64,000 nt of DNA from Eledone cirrhosa (taxonomy: Eukaryota), in assembly GCA_964016885.1 (NCBI GenBank), contig OZ024740.1, positions 132,122,001 through 132,186,000 of the forward strand, written 5' to 3'. The notes under the pieces were generated by a model, which worked only from the letters and a program-made list of their open reading frames with translations, did not search any database and was not told the DNA's origin. Within the stretch, counting starts at the first letter, position 1; each line of letters starts with the position of its first letter. The translations under genes and the position numbers were made by a program. This document shows, in pieces, positions 1 to 14,809 of the stretch.

Positions 1-1276
1 GTTTGAGAAACAAAAAGATTTAAAACTAATTAGGTGGTGAGATATTAGCTGTGTACTTTATGGAAAGTTCTATGGGATTTATGCAAACAGAGCGAAAATA
101 CATCCATACGTCTATTTATTATAGAATTAAAATTAGAGATAATGGTAAATTTCTCGGCTAGACAGAGATTACATGTTCTGGATAGGGAAGAATTTCGGTA
201 AGGAGAGGCGTTGCAAACCTTCCTCCAAGAAATGTTGTAGTTAATATTTTTGTCTTTTAAGGACAATATGAGTTCTGAAAGTGCCGTGTTAGTTCTTTTA
301 AGTTGGTATTTAAAAAGACGAATTGTGATTATAAAATCTTGCTTTAAAGGAAGTGGAACCAAAATAGGTAAAAGAATTAGTACCAGTTATAATCTTACAT
401 TCATACATCACATTTTTATCAAGACATTGGTTATTAAGAGGACATTTAGTTCTAACAGGGCAATTACAATTACGATTAGAGAAATTATCAGAGTTATTAA
501 CAAGTGACCTAGTATTATTTATAGAAGGAATTGGATTGGAGAAGTTATTTACGATAGGTGCTAAAGTTTCCTGATTTAGAATGGTGTTCTGAACATTCAA
601 CAAAGTTACGTTTGACGTGGTATTTAAATTTATTGAATCTAGCCCAGAGTTAACATTGACGTCGTGTTTACTATTGCTATTATTATGACGCTCAGTGTTG
701 GATGGATATAATTTATTATTTAATATGTTATTATTATATTTAGAGATGATGGTAGAGATGTTGGAAGTGGTGGAATAAGAGAATTTGACTGTATGTGTGT
801 TAAAGATCTTACTATAGATATGCGAGGGAGGGAAGCATTTATCTAAGGCCCTAAAAATAGTTTAGGAATATTACTAGTAATAGATAGAGAAAAAGGAGCG
901 TTGTACCAAAACACATTTTTGTATGTAGTATTTTATTTAGGTTATTGGAATGAATAGGCGTATGGATGTATTTTCGCTCTGCTTGCACGTATGGATGTAT
1001 TTTCGCTCTGCTTTCCATAAAGTATACAGCTAATATCTCACCACCTAATTAGTTTAAAATTTTTTTTTCTCAAACGCTTTTATATCTTTTACAAATATAC
1101 CCATCTTTCTACCTTATTTCAGTATATTATATTATACAATTTACTCATTCTATGTCGTTAGTGGTCCCCTATTTTTCTTCTTTTTTCATCCTTTTTTTCC
1201 TTTTTTCTTTTTTTAATTTCTAATCTCTAATCTGTAACTTTTACTTCTCAATTACTTCTTAACTCATAGTATTACT

Positions 1277-1388
1277 CAATCCCGCCGTGGTTGACTTTGT
1301 CTTTCATTCTGACGGGGTCGATGACATAAAGTACCAGTAATACACTGGGTAATTGCTGGCCTTGTGCCTAAAGTAGAAACAATTACTA
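1277..1388 (+). mobile_element. tRNA-derived SINE, 3' part
   Basis: aatcccgccgtggttgactttgtctttcattctgacggggtcgat...aagtaccagt...ggccttgtgcctaaagtagaaac, shared with six other copies in the window. Confidence 0.8.
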
Positions 1389-1763
1389 CTCACTATAGCA
1401 TTTTGCTTATATTCTTGGCCATACAAACTATATATTTAATATATACTAATATGACCACTAGTAAATATTGTAGACATATATATATTTTTTTTTTTGACGT
1501 TATATATTTTTTTCTTCCTTAAATGTTCTTCTTTCTTCTCTCCTTCCGTGCTCGTATTAAACCTATTATTTATTACAATAAATAGAAACAAACTTAAACC
1601 CTAACTAATTCCTCTAAGTTCATAATTCATTTAATCTCTTCTTCATTCAACTTATCTCCTTAATATTTTAATTTTAATAATACATATTAATAAATTCCTT
1701 TTCGCAAATATTATTAAACCCTTCAATATATAAACCTTAAATAAGCTTCATATCATGTCTCCC

Positions 1764-1834
1764 TATTTTATCTGATGAGAATGCAAATATCATCCCATGA
1801 TGATATTTGTTTTTGAAATGTGCATAATAAAATA
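1764..1834 (+). ncRNA. Type I hammerhead ribozyme, PLE family A
   Basis: tattttat-CTGATGA-(stem II caaatatcat/atgatatttg)-GAAA-tgtgca-TA-ataaaata. Stem I is 8 bp; stem III is near-palindromic. Confidence 0.8.
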
Positions 1835-2440
1835 CATGGAAGTATGTTAACCATCTTTTGATCTTATATATATATATTGAGGAAACGTTCCCTGGCAAAC
1901 AACGGAAAAAACGAAGATATTACGTCATATATTTGGAGCGGTGTTATATATATATAACATCCGCAGTACCTTCGGAATCCCCCAACGATGGATGTGAGAT
2001 CCGAAATATATGGACCAACACGTCTTATTCTTAGCTAACTTCATCCCTCATTTTCAATTCATCTTACATTCCTTTATGTATATTTCATCCTATTTCTTCC
2101 TACTGCCACCCGATTATTTTTCTGTGTGTGTATGAGTGTGTGTGTGTGTGGTATGTGTGTGTGTGTGTGTATGTATGTGTATGTATGTGTATGTGTGCGT
2201 GTGTGTGTCTGTGTCTGTGTGTGTGTGTGTTTGTGTGTACGCGCGCGCGTTTTTGTGTATGAATAGGGAGACACAAAGCAGGCTTTGTTTCGAAACAGCT
2301 AGAGTAGTTGAAAATTAGGTAGTAACATGTCCTTACGCCGAATTTGACTAAATAGAATTAGTCTCTTAGTTGGGATTTCAAATAATCTGAATTTTGAAAT
2401 TTGCTAGGTGTTTCTAAACAAAGCCTGCTTTCTAATTCCC

Positions 2441-2650
<210 letters not shown>

Positions 2651-2771
2651 GGAGGGAAGTTTTATTGTAGTACAATAAAGCAATGCAGATATCGGATTAG
2701 AAGCACTCTACAGTTTGTAGGACTGGAGTATACATAATATAAGATCAAAAGATCGTTAAAGGAGTTCCATG

Positions 2772-2842
2772 TATTTTATTATGCGCATTTCAAAAACAAA
2801 CATCATCATGCAATAATATTTGTGTTTTCATCAGATAAAACA
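2772..2842 (-). ncRNA. Type I hammerhead ribozyme, PLE family A
   Basis: Reverse complement tgttttat-CTGATGA-aaacacaaat...gtttgttttt-GAAA-tgcgca-TA-ataaaata. Palindromic stem III ATGCGCAT. Confidence 0.82.
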
Positions 2843-5833
2843 GGAGAACATGATATGAAGGCTAAAAAACACTTGTAGATGGTGCAGTTTTAAATCAACA
2901 TATGAAAAGTGGTTTTAGATTGATGTGTGATATTGGGAAAAATATTTTATTTAGAGAGGGAGGGGGGGTGGAAAGGATGAAAAAGGGGAGGATATGAGAG
3001 GGAGAGATGGGTGATAGAGAGAAAGAGATAGTTTTTATAACTGAGAGAAGATATATTGTTTTACATAGAGAGGTTGAAAACCGTTGGAAGATAATGTATA
3101 AATTAAAAGAATTTGAAAATTAACGAAGGGAAAGATATGTACGAGGAAAAAATATTTTATTTAGGGAGCGGGGGGGGATGAAAAAAGGGGGAGGAGACGA
3201 GAGTGAAGGTGGAGAGGGAGAGATGGGTGATAGAGAGAAAGAGATAGTTTTTATAACTGAGAAAAGATATATTGTTTTACATAGAGAGATTGAGAACCGT
3301 TGGAAGATAATGTATAAAGAATTTGAAAATTAACGAAGGGAAAAATATTTACGAGGAAAGAGAGGGAGTTTATGTATGAAGATAGAGAGAAAAAATACTA
3401 ATTGTGGATGAATATTCTAACGTCAAATAGGTGTATGTTGATAAGTATTATGGCAATTTCAAAATTAACGAAGAGAAAAAATTATTAAGGTTTGTGTGTA
3501 GAAGGATTTGAGAAAAATAATGTGAAGTTAAAGTTTGTATATTGAAGGAATTGATAATATGTGCGAAGAAAGAGTTAATATGTATTAAAAAATTATTAAG
3601 GTTTGTGTATTAGATGATTTGAGAAAAATAATGTTAAGTTAAGGTTTGTATATTGAAGGAGTTGATAATACGTGCGAAGAAAGAGTTAATATGTATTAAG
3701 AATGACTTCGTTGATGGGGAGAAAAAAATAATAAATTAAGGATGAAATTGAGATTAAAAAGTTTTATGATAGAGAGAAAAAATAATAATAATTGCGGATG
3801 AATATTCTAACGTCAAAAGAACAAATGTATATGTTATGAAGGATTTTACAAGGTGAAGATAGAAAGAGGGTAATGAGTAAAAAAGTATTATAGAGTGTAT
3901 AATGCCCTTTGAAGTAAGGTAGGAAGATGGGTATATTTTAAAGAGGTGTATGTATGCCTTTGAGAAAAGATTCTAAATTGATAAAGAATTGAATATTAAC
4001 TGTATACTTTGTGAAAAGTCCTATGGAATTTATGCAGGCAGATAGAAAACAAATCTGTACGTCTATTTATTATAGAATCTAGATTAGAGATAATGGTAAA
4101 TTTTTCATTTAGGCAGAGATTACAGATTTTAGATAGAGAGCTGTTCAAGTATGAAGACGCAGAAGAAACCTTCTTCCAAAAGATGGTATATTTAATGTTT
4201 TTGTCTTTCAAGTACCATATGAGTTCTAAGAGAGCCGTGTTGGTTCTTTTAAGTTTGTATTTGAAAGATGAATGGTGATTATAGAGACGAGCTTTAAAAG
4301 AGGTGGAAGTGGAGCCAAAATAGGTGAAGGAATTGGTGCTAGTTATAACTTTACACTCATAAATTAAGTTTTTATCAAGACAATGGTTGTTGAGAGGACA
4401 TTTATTTTTAATGCGGCAGTTGCAATTAGAGAGATTATTAATGAGTGACCTAGTGTTATCTATAGAAGGAATTGGATTGGAGAAGTTGTTTGCGATAGGA
4501 ATAATAGGAATAATAGTTTCTTGATTTAGAGTTGGATTATGAACATTTAGCGAAGTTGTGTTTGACGTTGTATTTGGGTTTACAGAAGTTAGCCTAGCGT
4601 TTACAATGACGTCGGGAGTACTATTAATGTTATTATGAAATTCAATGTTGGAAGGAAGAGATTTAGTATTTAGTATTTTATTGTTGTGTTTAGAGATGAT
4701 GTTGGAAATATTGGAGGATGTAGTATAAGAAAATTTGATGGTGTGTTTGTTAAATATTTTACTATAGGTATGTGAGGGAGGGAAGCATTTATTTAAGGCA
4801 CTAAAAATAATTTAGGAATATTGTTATTAATAGAGATGGAGAAAGGAGCATTATACCAGATTATGTTTTTGTATCTAGGTCTTTTATTAAAATTATTGGA
4901 ATGATCATGATTAATTATTCTACTGTAAGTTTTTCTAGAATTTGTTTCTTTACTATATTTGATTTTATCTGGATAGCCGGCTTTAGAAAGTGCGTTATTA
5001 TAGTAATTGGCGTTAGCATCAAAGATGTTTTTATTAGAAGATATGTTAGATATTCTTTTTCCAATATTACTAACTATAGCATTCTTGATGGTTAGATATA
5101 AAGTTAACATAATTTAGGTTCTCATTGTTTTTATGGTAAGGGTAATATAGGCCAGTGTCAAGGTTAAGAGATACATCCAAGACATTAGCTAGTTTGATAC
5201 TATTATCAAATTCAATTTTTAGGTTATGTTGGTTAAAGAGATTACGTATATTGTTCTTAATAATATTAAGGTTAACTATATTGCAATTTAAGATAGTAAA
5301 GAGTCCATCGTCACGATAAATTCCACCGCGAAGTTGAAGAATTTTCCGACTCAAAGAGTTCAAAATAAAGATACCAATTAAGTCAGTCAATTGGGATGAA
5401 TCGGATGCTCCCATTATGATGTCGAAGTTGTTAGAGGTATCGGCTCTGGTCCAATATTCGTTGTTGAACTCAAGGATGGTTTTACGTGCGGTTTTACACA
5501 TTATTTTTCTCAAATCCTTCTACACACAAACCTTAATAATTTTTTCTCTTCGTTAATTTTGAAATTCTTTTAATTTATACATTATCTTCCAACGGTTTTC
5601 AACCTCTCTATGTAAAACAATATATCTTCTCTCAGTTATAAAAACTATCTCTTTCTCTCTATCACCCATCTCTCCCTCTCATCTCCTCCCCATTTTCACC
5701 CTTTCCATCCCACCCCCCTCTCTAAATAAAATATTTTTCCCAATATCACACATCAATCTAAAACCACTTTTCATATGTTGATTTAAAACTGCACTATCCA
5801 CAAGTGTTTTTTAGCCTTCATATCATGTTCTCC

Positions 5834-5904
5834 TGTTTTATCTGATGAAAACACAAATATTATTGCATGATGATGTTTGTTTTTGAAATGCGCATAATAA
5901 AATA
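5834..5904 (+). ncRNA. Type I hammerhead ribozyme, PLE family A (inverted arm)
   Basis: Same sequence as the 2772-2842 motif; CTGATGA at 5842-5848. Confidence 0.82.
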
Positions 5905-5934
5905 CATGGAAACTCCTTTAACCATCTTTTGATC

Positions 5935-5973
<39 letters not shown>

Positions 5974-7861
5974 AAATAAAATCCGAAAACATGGTATAAA
6001 TTTCCAATCATTTCATTCACGACACATGTTTCAATAAGAGATAGATCGGTCGTGTAGCCATGATCGATTATCACTGATCTCGTCAGGTGAAAATGAATTG
6101 TCTTCAAATCCTTGATATGAGGGAGAAAATTAACGGTGTTCACTCACAGAGTTTAGTCCCTCATATGAAGATCAAGCAGTCAAAACACAGCGACTTCTAT
6201 CGTCCTCAGTTAGGGTCATAAAACTATCAAGTCTCTATCTCCCAATAGCTGTAAAAGACGCTGGACATCAATCAAATATGTAGAATTATAATCGGTCGCA
6301 GTTAATGTGAGTGGGTACACACACATTCACACACACCTTACCCGAGGTCAAAGAAAAAAAATATATATACACATACCAACACAGCATCAAATCTGTAGAA
6401 CTATAAATAATATATATTTTTGCCTGTTTTCGAGTTACAGGAGAGAGCATAGATATATAATGTGGAAATTGATATATGTAAGAAAACTAGGACAATGCAA
6501 AATTCCCTTCGTCAGAATATAACGCTCTATCAGAGGAAAACGTTCCAGTCCATTCTCTTTGAAATTTGTTTTAAATGTAAAATTCATAAACCGCTTCCAA
6601 TGCTTGTTCGAAGTTTACTGAAGTATGTAGCAAGATGTTGTAAATCAGGAGGCGACCATTTAAAAAAGAATATTCAGTACATTAGTACATTATATATATG
6701 TTCATTTTATTATAGGAATGAATTATCTGGGTTAGAAATATTCCATTCGTAAGAAATCATCAGAAACTTCTCTTTTCTTGTAGTCAGCAACATGTTTATC
6801 GAAAGCCTGCTCATGTTTAGCTACATATTATATGTTATTTGTTTACAATCTTAATGAATTTTATAAGTCGACACAAATAGGAAGAACAAAGGAAGTGATC
6901 ACTTTATATATCAACGCCAAATAATGTATATCTGAACATGGTAGTGGAAATAACTCTAGTGCACACCGGCTTTGGAATGTATTTTGGAATTCCTACATAC
7001 ACACATCAGATATATTATAGATAAATATTCATTTATGTTAGATATCTATTTTCAGGAAGTCAGCAACTACTCTATGGGTCTTCTGTGTTATGACGCTATA
7101 TCTTTCTGAATTAAACAACACATAACAATAAACATCATTTGTAACCACACATAAAACAAATATACAATACGTGTCCTTTTCTCCTTCAGCACAGCAATAT
7201 GAAGAAACAACATTATAGGTATATTTATCATTGCAACTAATTTCCTATGAAGTATAATTTGTAACAACGCAACAGATGATCATAAACGATTAAGATATGT
7301 AAGTATGCAGCGCGAATGATGTTCAATATGTTTTTTTTAATATTAACAGAAACAACGAGAAATGGCAGATGTATTTTAGAATCATTGATGAAATCCATTT
7401 GATATCACATATTCCTATTTCTCGTTTTCATAAAATTTATTATCATTTAAAGTATATAACTGCTGCAGCTATATTAATGTGAATTTACTCTATTTCAATT
7501 TCAGGTGCTATAGCGATCATAACTATGGTAAACATTTCGTGGCGTACATTATTTGAACTCATACCAACTCCAATGAAAGCTTTTACAGACGATGATCCTT
7601 CGTGCAAATGAGAAGAATATCACTCACATTCTCAAGTTATCCATACTGTTCAAATGTGTGGAGAAAGCCTGCCTGCATCAGCCATATTGGCTAAAAAAGA
7701 TAATATTTACATATATAATTAAATTTAATTATCTCTTAAATTAAGTCTTAATCCTTACCATGTCCTTTCTGATTCAGTGTGATTCCTTACCAACTGCAGT
7801 TAAGGTATAATTTTCTTTCTTCACTCCAAACATTGAGACATGTTTACATTTATCAGTACAT

Positions 7862-10800
7862 TTAGCATTAAAGCTCGGCGTTGCTCGGGGTCAGTAAGTT
7901 ACCAAAGTTAGGTTTCACCACGCTTTTATGGCAGCACTTTTTTGTCTGCCAGGAACTGGTTGAATGAATTGCAAACCTGCACTGCCGAAGCAGGAGCTGC
8001 GCCAGCAGTGACAGTTGTAGTTTCGCCTATTGATCTCTGCGCAAAGAAGTGTTCAAATTTATTGTTTCACAGTATTTGCGCAACACGCGCGTAGACGATG
8101 CCAGCCGAACAACAGAGCTGCGAAGGAGTTGTTCTGCATGACATGTTTTAACGAGGGAGGGGGTGGATTGAGGGAACGGCAAACAGGGGCCTGAAAATAT
8201 TGTCGAATTATGACAACAAAAAAAGAGGAAGAGGGGTCATTGTATGGTTGGTGCTTCATGTATGTCGGACGTAGAAGATGAGCCTGCTGCTGTGCCGACG
8301 GAGGGAGGGAAATAGAGCTGAGCGGAGGCCAGGTGTTGGTGAAGTGTGACATAATTGCAGGGAACCGCCTAAAAATGTAAATCCCGTCATTAAAGCATTG
8401 TTGACACTTTGAGAGTCGTACGGAGGTGAAATACTAACCTGTCCACGGTCCTCCGAGGCCCACCAAACGAGGTTTGGTGAGGAGCAACAGCTGATATTTG
8501 AGTAGGGTCGGAGTTCCAATGAAGCTTTGTAACACCGCGAGAATCAGCCTTTGTACGGCAGATGGTGGGTAGTGTCCAGTGCACTGCAGTGAAGGTTAAC
8601 CTACTTAGAAAGTACTCACGAAAAGGCAAAAAAATTATAAAAATAAAAAAGTTATAAAATTAGGAATCGAGTTAATCCTATAAAACCTCCTTGTACACAA
8701 TGTTTATTATTTTTCCTTGCGGAACGAACGCGAAATCATCACTCTTGCTGCCAACACGCGAGCAGCCAACGTAAAGCTAACCATGAGAGAAACACGGCTC
8801 CCCCAAATGTATTCCCGCGACAGACAGTTTTTGTCCCTGCGCTTTGTTAATTGACATTGCGAAGCATGGCCTGACCGGGAACTCGGACCTCCGAAATGTG
8901 AAAGGTAGGACTGCTCCTGATGGGAAAAGATGCATCCTCGGTATGAGCACAACCTTTCCCCGACTGCACCCTGTGATTATCGTGGCCTCAATCAGATTGG
9001 AGCTAAGGACTTAACGACCAAACGTGTGCCATTGCATTGTTTCGGCGGAACCAAATTTCGAATGAGCATTATAATGGCACCAACTTTAAGTTTCAAAATG
9101 TGTGGGGGTATCCGGGAGGCTCAAAGGAATTTAGTACCTCTATTGGATAGTTGATGACGTCCTCGGGGTCAGGAGTTCTAGCGGTAGACTTATATACGTA
9201 GCTATCCCCAGGAATGAGTTTTAGCATTTGATCATTAATATGGTTAACAGTATTATTCCTCGAGGAAGCGTTTGCCTGAAGTCGCTTGAAAGAAGAAGTG
9301 TTATGCCTCCCATTGGAGCCGTAGAGTCTTTGATGTCTCTCAGAGTTCTATTGAGCGCCTCAAGAGCACCTCTGTGGGCCATGGTGCATTTGTCCCAAAC
9401 GATAAGCTTGCATCGTCTGAACACTTCTGCCTGATCGGAGCTCTTACTGATGTTGCAAGTGGGTGTCTCAGTCTTCGCTAAGTCAAGCGGGAGCTTGAAA
9501 TAGGAGTGAGCTGTCCTGCCGCCCGGCAACGAAGTAGCCGCAATTCCAGATGATGCCACAGCTAAGGCAATGCCTTCTGTTCGCCTAATCTCAACTAATA
9601 TTAATTTGGTGACAAAAGTTTTCCCAGTCCCCCCAGCTTTGCCCCGGACAGAATTAACAACGGAGTTGTAAGCGAATTTCTGTTCTGGAAGGAGCTTTGG
9701 CTCATTCTCCGCCATGTACTGGATAAGCTCGGCAACATTATAAGATGTCTCACGCAGCAAATCCGAAGACAGAGTGTTTGCGCATTTCCGGTTTGTTGAA
9801 GGTAGTCCATACACAGCCAGCGCACAACCTCCTATATCGAGAACAGTATCTTCGATTTCAAGCAGCACCCTGTTGTAAATGAGGTCACTACACCCGACCT
9901 CCATCGATGGGTTTAGCAACTGAGCGTGACGCAAGAAATCTTCAGACATGTAATCTTTGTAGCTAAGCCGGATCACCAAAGTCGCACCATATGAGTAGTA
10001 TAGCGAAAAGCGATCTTAGTATTTTAGGAGAGTTCATCAAAACGCCCACTGCCATAGTGGCGCCCCATTGCAAATCATCTTCCAAAAGGCTACGCCTAAA
10101 GCAGGCTTCCCGGAAAGTATCACATAATTCACCGTCAACAGTTCTTATGTCTCGAAAGCTTTGTGGGCCAAAAACCTCATGGAGGAGAAGGCGCAGGTGA
10201 AAACACTCATGCTGGTTGGGAGGTACAGTGTACACTCTTCCTAGACAACTGTCAAACTTGACACCAGGATGTCCTTCAACATCCTGACCTGAATTCCTAT
10301 GCACCCAAGTGTTGTTTGACTACACGTAGTAGGACGGGACCTGAGGATATGAAAGTGTTTTTGCAAATGTGTCAAGTTGGCAAAGCGAACAAAAAACAAA
10401 GTTGTTTCTTTTGGATTTGGCCGCCAAATGAGCAGCAGTCTGTTCAGTAAAGTAAGCCCGCTGGCCGTTTTCCAAATGAACCGCTAGTTGTATGATGGCG
10501 GGGTGCCTTTGGTGAAGTGGAAACCCGAATATCCGCCAAAATGCTTCACCACTGTGATATATCGACCTGCCAAGAACTCCGAGATCACGTCCCTGCTATT
10601 GTCGTTTTGAAGCTCGAACATGGCAGCGTCCGAACCATTGTTAACATATTTACATATGTACTTTATCGACTTCACTGAATGAGAGAACTCCACATTTATA
10701 TGAGCGTTGAACATTTTCATCAGAAATGGACAGTACGGGACCACCCACCTATTATCAACTTGATGACCCTCGTAACGTCACAATAAAGCCACCGTTCTCA

Positions 10801-13403
10801 GGCCGCCTTCGTCTGTACAGTGGGTATCCGCCAACGCCGGTCTGGGTCTCCTCAACAAACCTCTTTGGGTATCGTTTAGCGCACACATGGTCCTTGTGGC
10901 ATGAAGAGAACTCTTAAAACCGGGACCGCACGGACCGTGCACCACGTGTGTCTTCACAATGTCGTACAGCAGCCGGTCAACAACGGGGTCGGTATTTCCG
11001 CTGCTATGATGTCATCTAGAACTGTAGGGTGGCAACCCTCTCTTCTTCCACTAAACAGTATACATGTGGCACCTAACAGGCCCGAAAAACTTCCCTTTTT
11101 TTATTAGATCAATTAGCTTAGCCAGCTTCTGTTTGATAACCCTGGCAATAATATCATGCCGATGGCAGTACTGCTGCCCTGGGATAAGTTACCGTGTAAC
11201 CTCAACCCACTTGGGGTTACACGTAAACGTGATGAATAAATCGGGGCGCCATAATGCCGAACGAACGTCATAGCGTCCTGTGTTCGCTCTTGCATGTACC
11301 GCGGCCCCCCGGATAGGTTGAGGGGAGAATGCACATTTTGCCGATGTTCCGGGTGTCAGTGTCATTCCTGATGCCGTCACGCAAATGGATGTAGGAGTCT
11401 GAGCGCAGCTGCTTCTGATTCAATTTTATGAAGCAGTCTCTCCGACTCCATCTTTGCAGCCATGTCAACTGCAAACTGGTGAAACAGTTCCCGTAACCTG
11501 TGCAGGGTGCTGAAATCGTTAGGCCTCATCATGAAGCGGTATGAGTATAAAGCCATGCATGAAACAGGTTTAGATGTCGCAGCAGTGGGCTCGTTTGGTT
11601 TGCGCTGAGGAATGCCGAAATGGTACCCGCCTTCTCCGTATGCAAAAACAAGGGTATACTGCAGGGCATCGTATGAACGATGCTTCTCATTAATACCTCG
11701 AAGACCACTGTCACGAATTTGAAGAACTATGTCTCGCTTATTGTGCTGTTCACCATGGATAACTACGGCCACTTCATTGCACTAAGGAGCGTTATAACGG
11801 CGTGCGTGCCTCCCAGAAGGTCTTTTGTCGGCATCGATGACAATGGTGAAGTTTGGTGAAGGATTTGTTTCCAATGCGTTTTTGAATCTGCGTATATAAC
11901 TGTTGTGCACATGAAGCATATTTTGAAGATCGAGCAGCACGTGCCTTTCAAAAGTGTCAGCGCCAGTTTTTGCAGGTGTTGGAATAACGCCGTACGGTGC
12001 ATCAACTTGCCTACTGTAGTTAGAAATGAAGTAAATTTGAAGGAACGAAGGCTTGCAATTTTGTAGTGGCTGGAGCGACCCAATAAGATGGTACACCTGC
12101 CCCTGGACCTTGAAAGTAGGCATCCAACCACTTTCTCTGACAACGTTAGCCCCGAAATAAGTCATTTGAACCGCACAATTTTTCTTCCTGATGAGTTGAA
12201 GGAATTTGGATGACCTTGAGGTAGAACCAGTAAGTAGTTCCTTCAAAAGCATTGCAGAATTTGCAATTGAAGCGCATTTCCCCTATATTTATGTCGGCAC
12301 GCATCGAATAGTTAACTTGGGCTCATACTTGAAAGCCCGTAGGTGCCGGTATGGGCTATCGGGGCTCGTCACACCGCGGGCAGCTTCTTGTCGTCAACTG
12401 TTCCACTCCAACGTAGAATGTTGCTCCTGTGGCTCGTGGGAAGCTCTCTCAGCATTAGCAGAAGCCACCCTTGCAATCCTAATGGAGCGCTCGTCTGCAA
12501 TTTCAGAAGCCATGGCAGCAGTCATAGCCGCAGCGTTCCTAGCAAGGCGATTCGTCCGCCGTTCCAAACCTTCCAAAGCCCTGGAAGCAGCAGTAGCCGT
12601 AGCGTTTCTATTCAGTCGAGCCGCCCTTTGTTCCGGGTCCTTTGAAACCCTAGAAGCGGCAGTAGCAGCAGCATTTTTATTTAGGCGAGTCAACCTTTGT
12701 TAGGGCCCTCTGAAGCACTGGAAGTAGCAGTAGAAGCGTTTTTTTTTTTGGAATGACGTATCGCCCGATCCGAATCGCACATCGCAGCACGCGTCGAGGC
12801 GTCGTATGAAGCCATTCTTGGCTAGGCGTGCGGTGCGTTGTTGAAAACCTTCAGCAGCTCTGCATTCCGCTGAACATAAGGCGCTCTGTGAAAGTCTTAA
12901 AGCAGTTTCCTCGGGGGACTCGTTTGCTGTAATCGCCCTCTGCGCCGCCGCTGACGCGGTATGGCGACCGAGGCGACTTCTCTTTTTAGGTGGCATTTTA
13001 TGTGAAAAACAAAGGGTGAAAGTTACTTCTACAGCAAAATTGCCTTTGAAAGTATAAGGCTGAAAACTGTCAGCGTTCCGTAGGGGAAAAATGGGAGAAC
13101 GAACGGCAAATAAATAACTCACAGTTTGTTGAAAGCGCGCTTCTGTCAGCAATTTGAAGTCGTCTGGCCAAAAATCCATATTTGTTTTTTTTTTTTTCAC
13201 TCAATAAACGTCTAAATATGTTATACACAAAATGTAATTGTGTGAAATTATTAAGGAGTGGGTTTATAAGCGTATATAAGAGATGTAAGAGTCATGTATT
13301 TAACGTTTGTCTCTGTCTCTCACTCTCTGGCTACCTCTTTTAGTTTTTTCTCTCTCTCTAAAGGAAATAATTAAGGAGTGGGTTTATAAGCGTATATAAG
13401 AGA
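7862..13403 (-). mobile_element. Helitron (RepHel), near full length, multiply frameshifted
   Basis: Rep motifs (PTFKVQGQVYH, YDALQY, PDLFITFTCNPKW, HINVE..SIKYICKYV) at 10484-12252; PIF1 helicase (GGTGKTF, AVASSGIAA..GGRTAHS, DFRQTLP) at 9221-9979, continuing to ~8700. TC-starting 5' ends at 13283 and 13403; 3' hairpin-like ccgagcaacgccgag followed by a degenerate CTAR at ~7862. Confidence 0.93.
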
Positions 13404-14809
13404 AGGTTGCAGTATGTATGGAGGATAGTAGAGTAACTCTGATTGTATTAGAGGGGTAAAGCGTCATGTATTTAGTTTTATCGATTATTTCCGTAATTGT
13501 GAGTGAGATTGAAATAAAGAAATAGTCATTGACCTTCTTACAAACGTTGAGTCGAATCGGTTTGAAATTGTGCAAAGGTATAAACATGGAACATGCGCGC
13601 GCACACACACAACAACAACAATATGCCTTTTATAGATAATGATTAACGCATACATGAATCTTGTCAAAGTCCACATTTGATATTTTACATTGAATATTTT
13701 TAGAAAGTTATTTACAAGATATAAACACAAAATGTTACTTAAATTTTTGTCCTAATTACTAGGTGTGCTGAATTTCTAAATGAGAGAAACGGGAAGAGTT
13801 GAGAAGCAAAAATGGAAATTGTTACAGGAAGCCAAATTGTTGACTTCTAGCAGATTTTCAAATATATTGAGCAATATGTAGCACAAAGAGCCATATGATT
13901 CAAATATATATGTACTCCGGCTCATATTTTGAGTAATCGCATAAAAAGCGTTTTCGTTTTTCTCGATATATGTTTAAAGATTTTATATTTTTTTAACATA
14001 TAACAGGTTACGATGTTTTCTTCGATATATATTTCATCACCTTACAATTGTTTGTTATTATATTAGTTATTTCTATATATTTCCAAATGTTATTTAATTT
14101 TTTCTTGAATTTTTGTCTCAAGCTTGAATGCATTAGACATTTCAAAGGCTTACCAGGAATAACAATACCTGTGATTTCTAAAATTCTATTTCGTTTCTTT
14201 CCAGATTATTTTCATATATATATATTCACCCTTTATTTTATTACTGTCTGCATAGTTTATTCTCACGATTTCAGATTTGTTTTCTTTTTTCGTCCGTTAA
14301 ATTTACGGAGCGATAATTCTCTTTCAAATATATATGCACATACTTACAAACGCACATACATAATCACATAAGTCCACCTCCATATGTGTATGTGTGTGTG
14401 TGCCTGTGTGCGTGTGTGTATGTATGATTTTATGGATGGTATATTCATATATGTGCGTCTAGACATATCTCTACGTATATGAACATGACAGTGTAATCGT
14501 CGTAGTTTTGGTTGAATGCGTGTAATTTGCCTTAAAAACCACATAACATTAATATTTATTTATGCTTCTGAATTACTACCCTTGAGAGACCAAATAGAAG
14601 GATACAACTTTTCCGTTTTTTATATATGATATTTGCTTTTTGTGTCAATTTAAACATGGTATTTCATGTGTATTAACAGCTTAGTTATTCAGTTATTCAT
14701 ATATTCAAATGTTTCATTTAAGTCAATACTAGCTGGATTCTGTTTGTTTTGCAACGGTTGCTTTTAAGTGTTATATATATTTGCAAAATAGTAATCTATA
14801 ATTTATCAT

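Larger units (their letters stand above)
1..1866 (-). mobile_element. Penelope-like element family A (Naiad-like), 5'-truncated: GIY-YIG remnant on - strand plus inverted copy of its 3' UTR (1011-1866, +)
   Basis: ORFs 310..603 (CNCPVRTKCPLNNQC...YFGSTSFKARFYNH) and 45..362 (CNLCLAEK...CLH) are a frameshifted GIY-YIG with a CxCx5C linker. 1011-1075 is the reverse complement of 1-67. The element runs off the left edge. Confidence 0.88.

Noticed and set aside
1975-2015. HHR-like ggat..atcc-GAAA-tata
   Set aside because: Core reads CCAACGA and the cleavage site is not NUH; too decayed to call.
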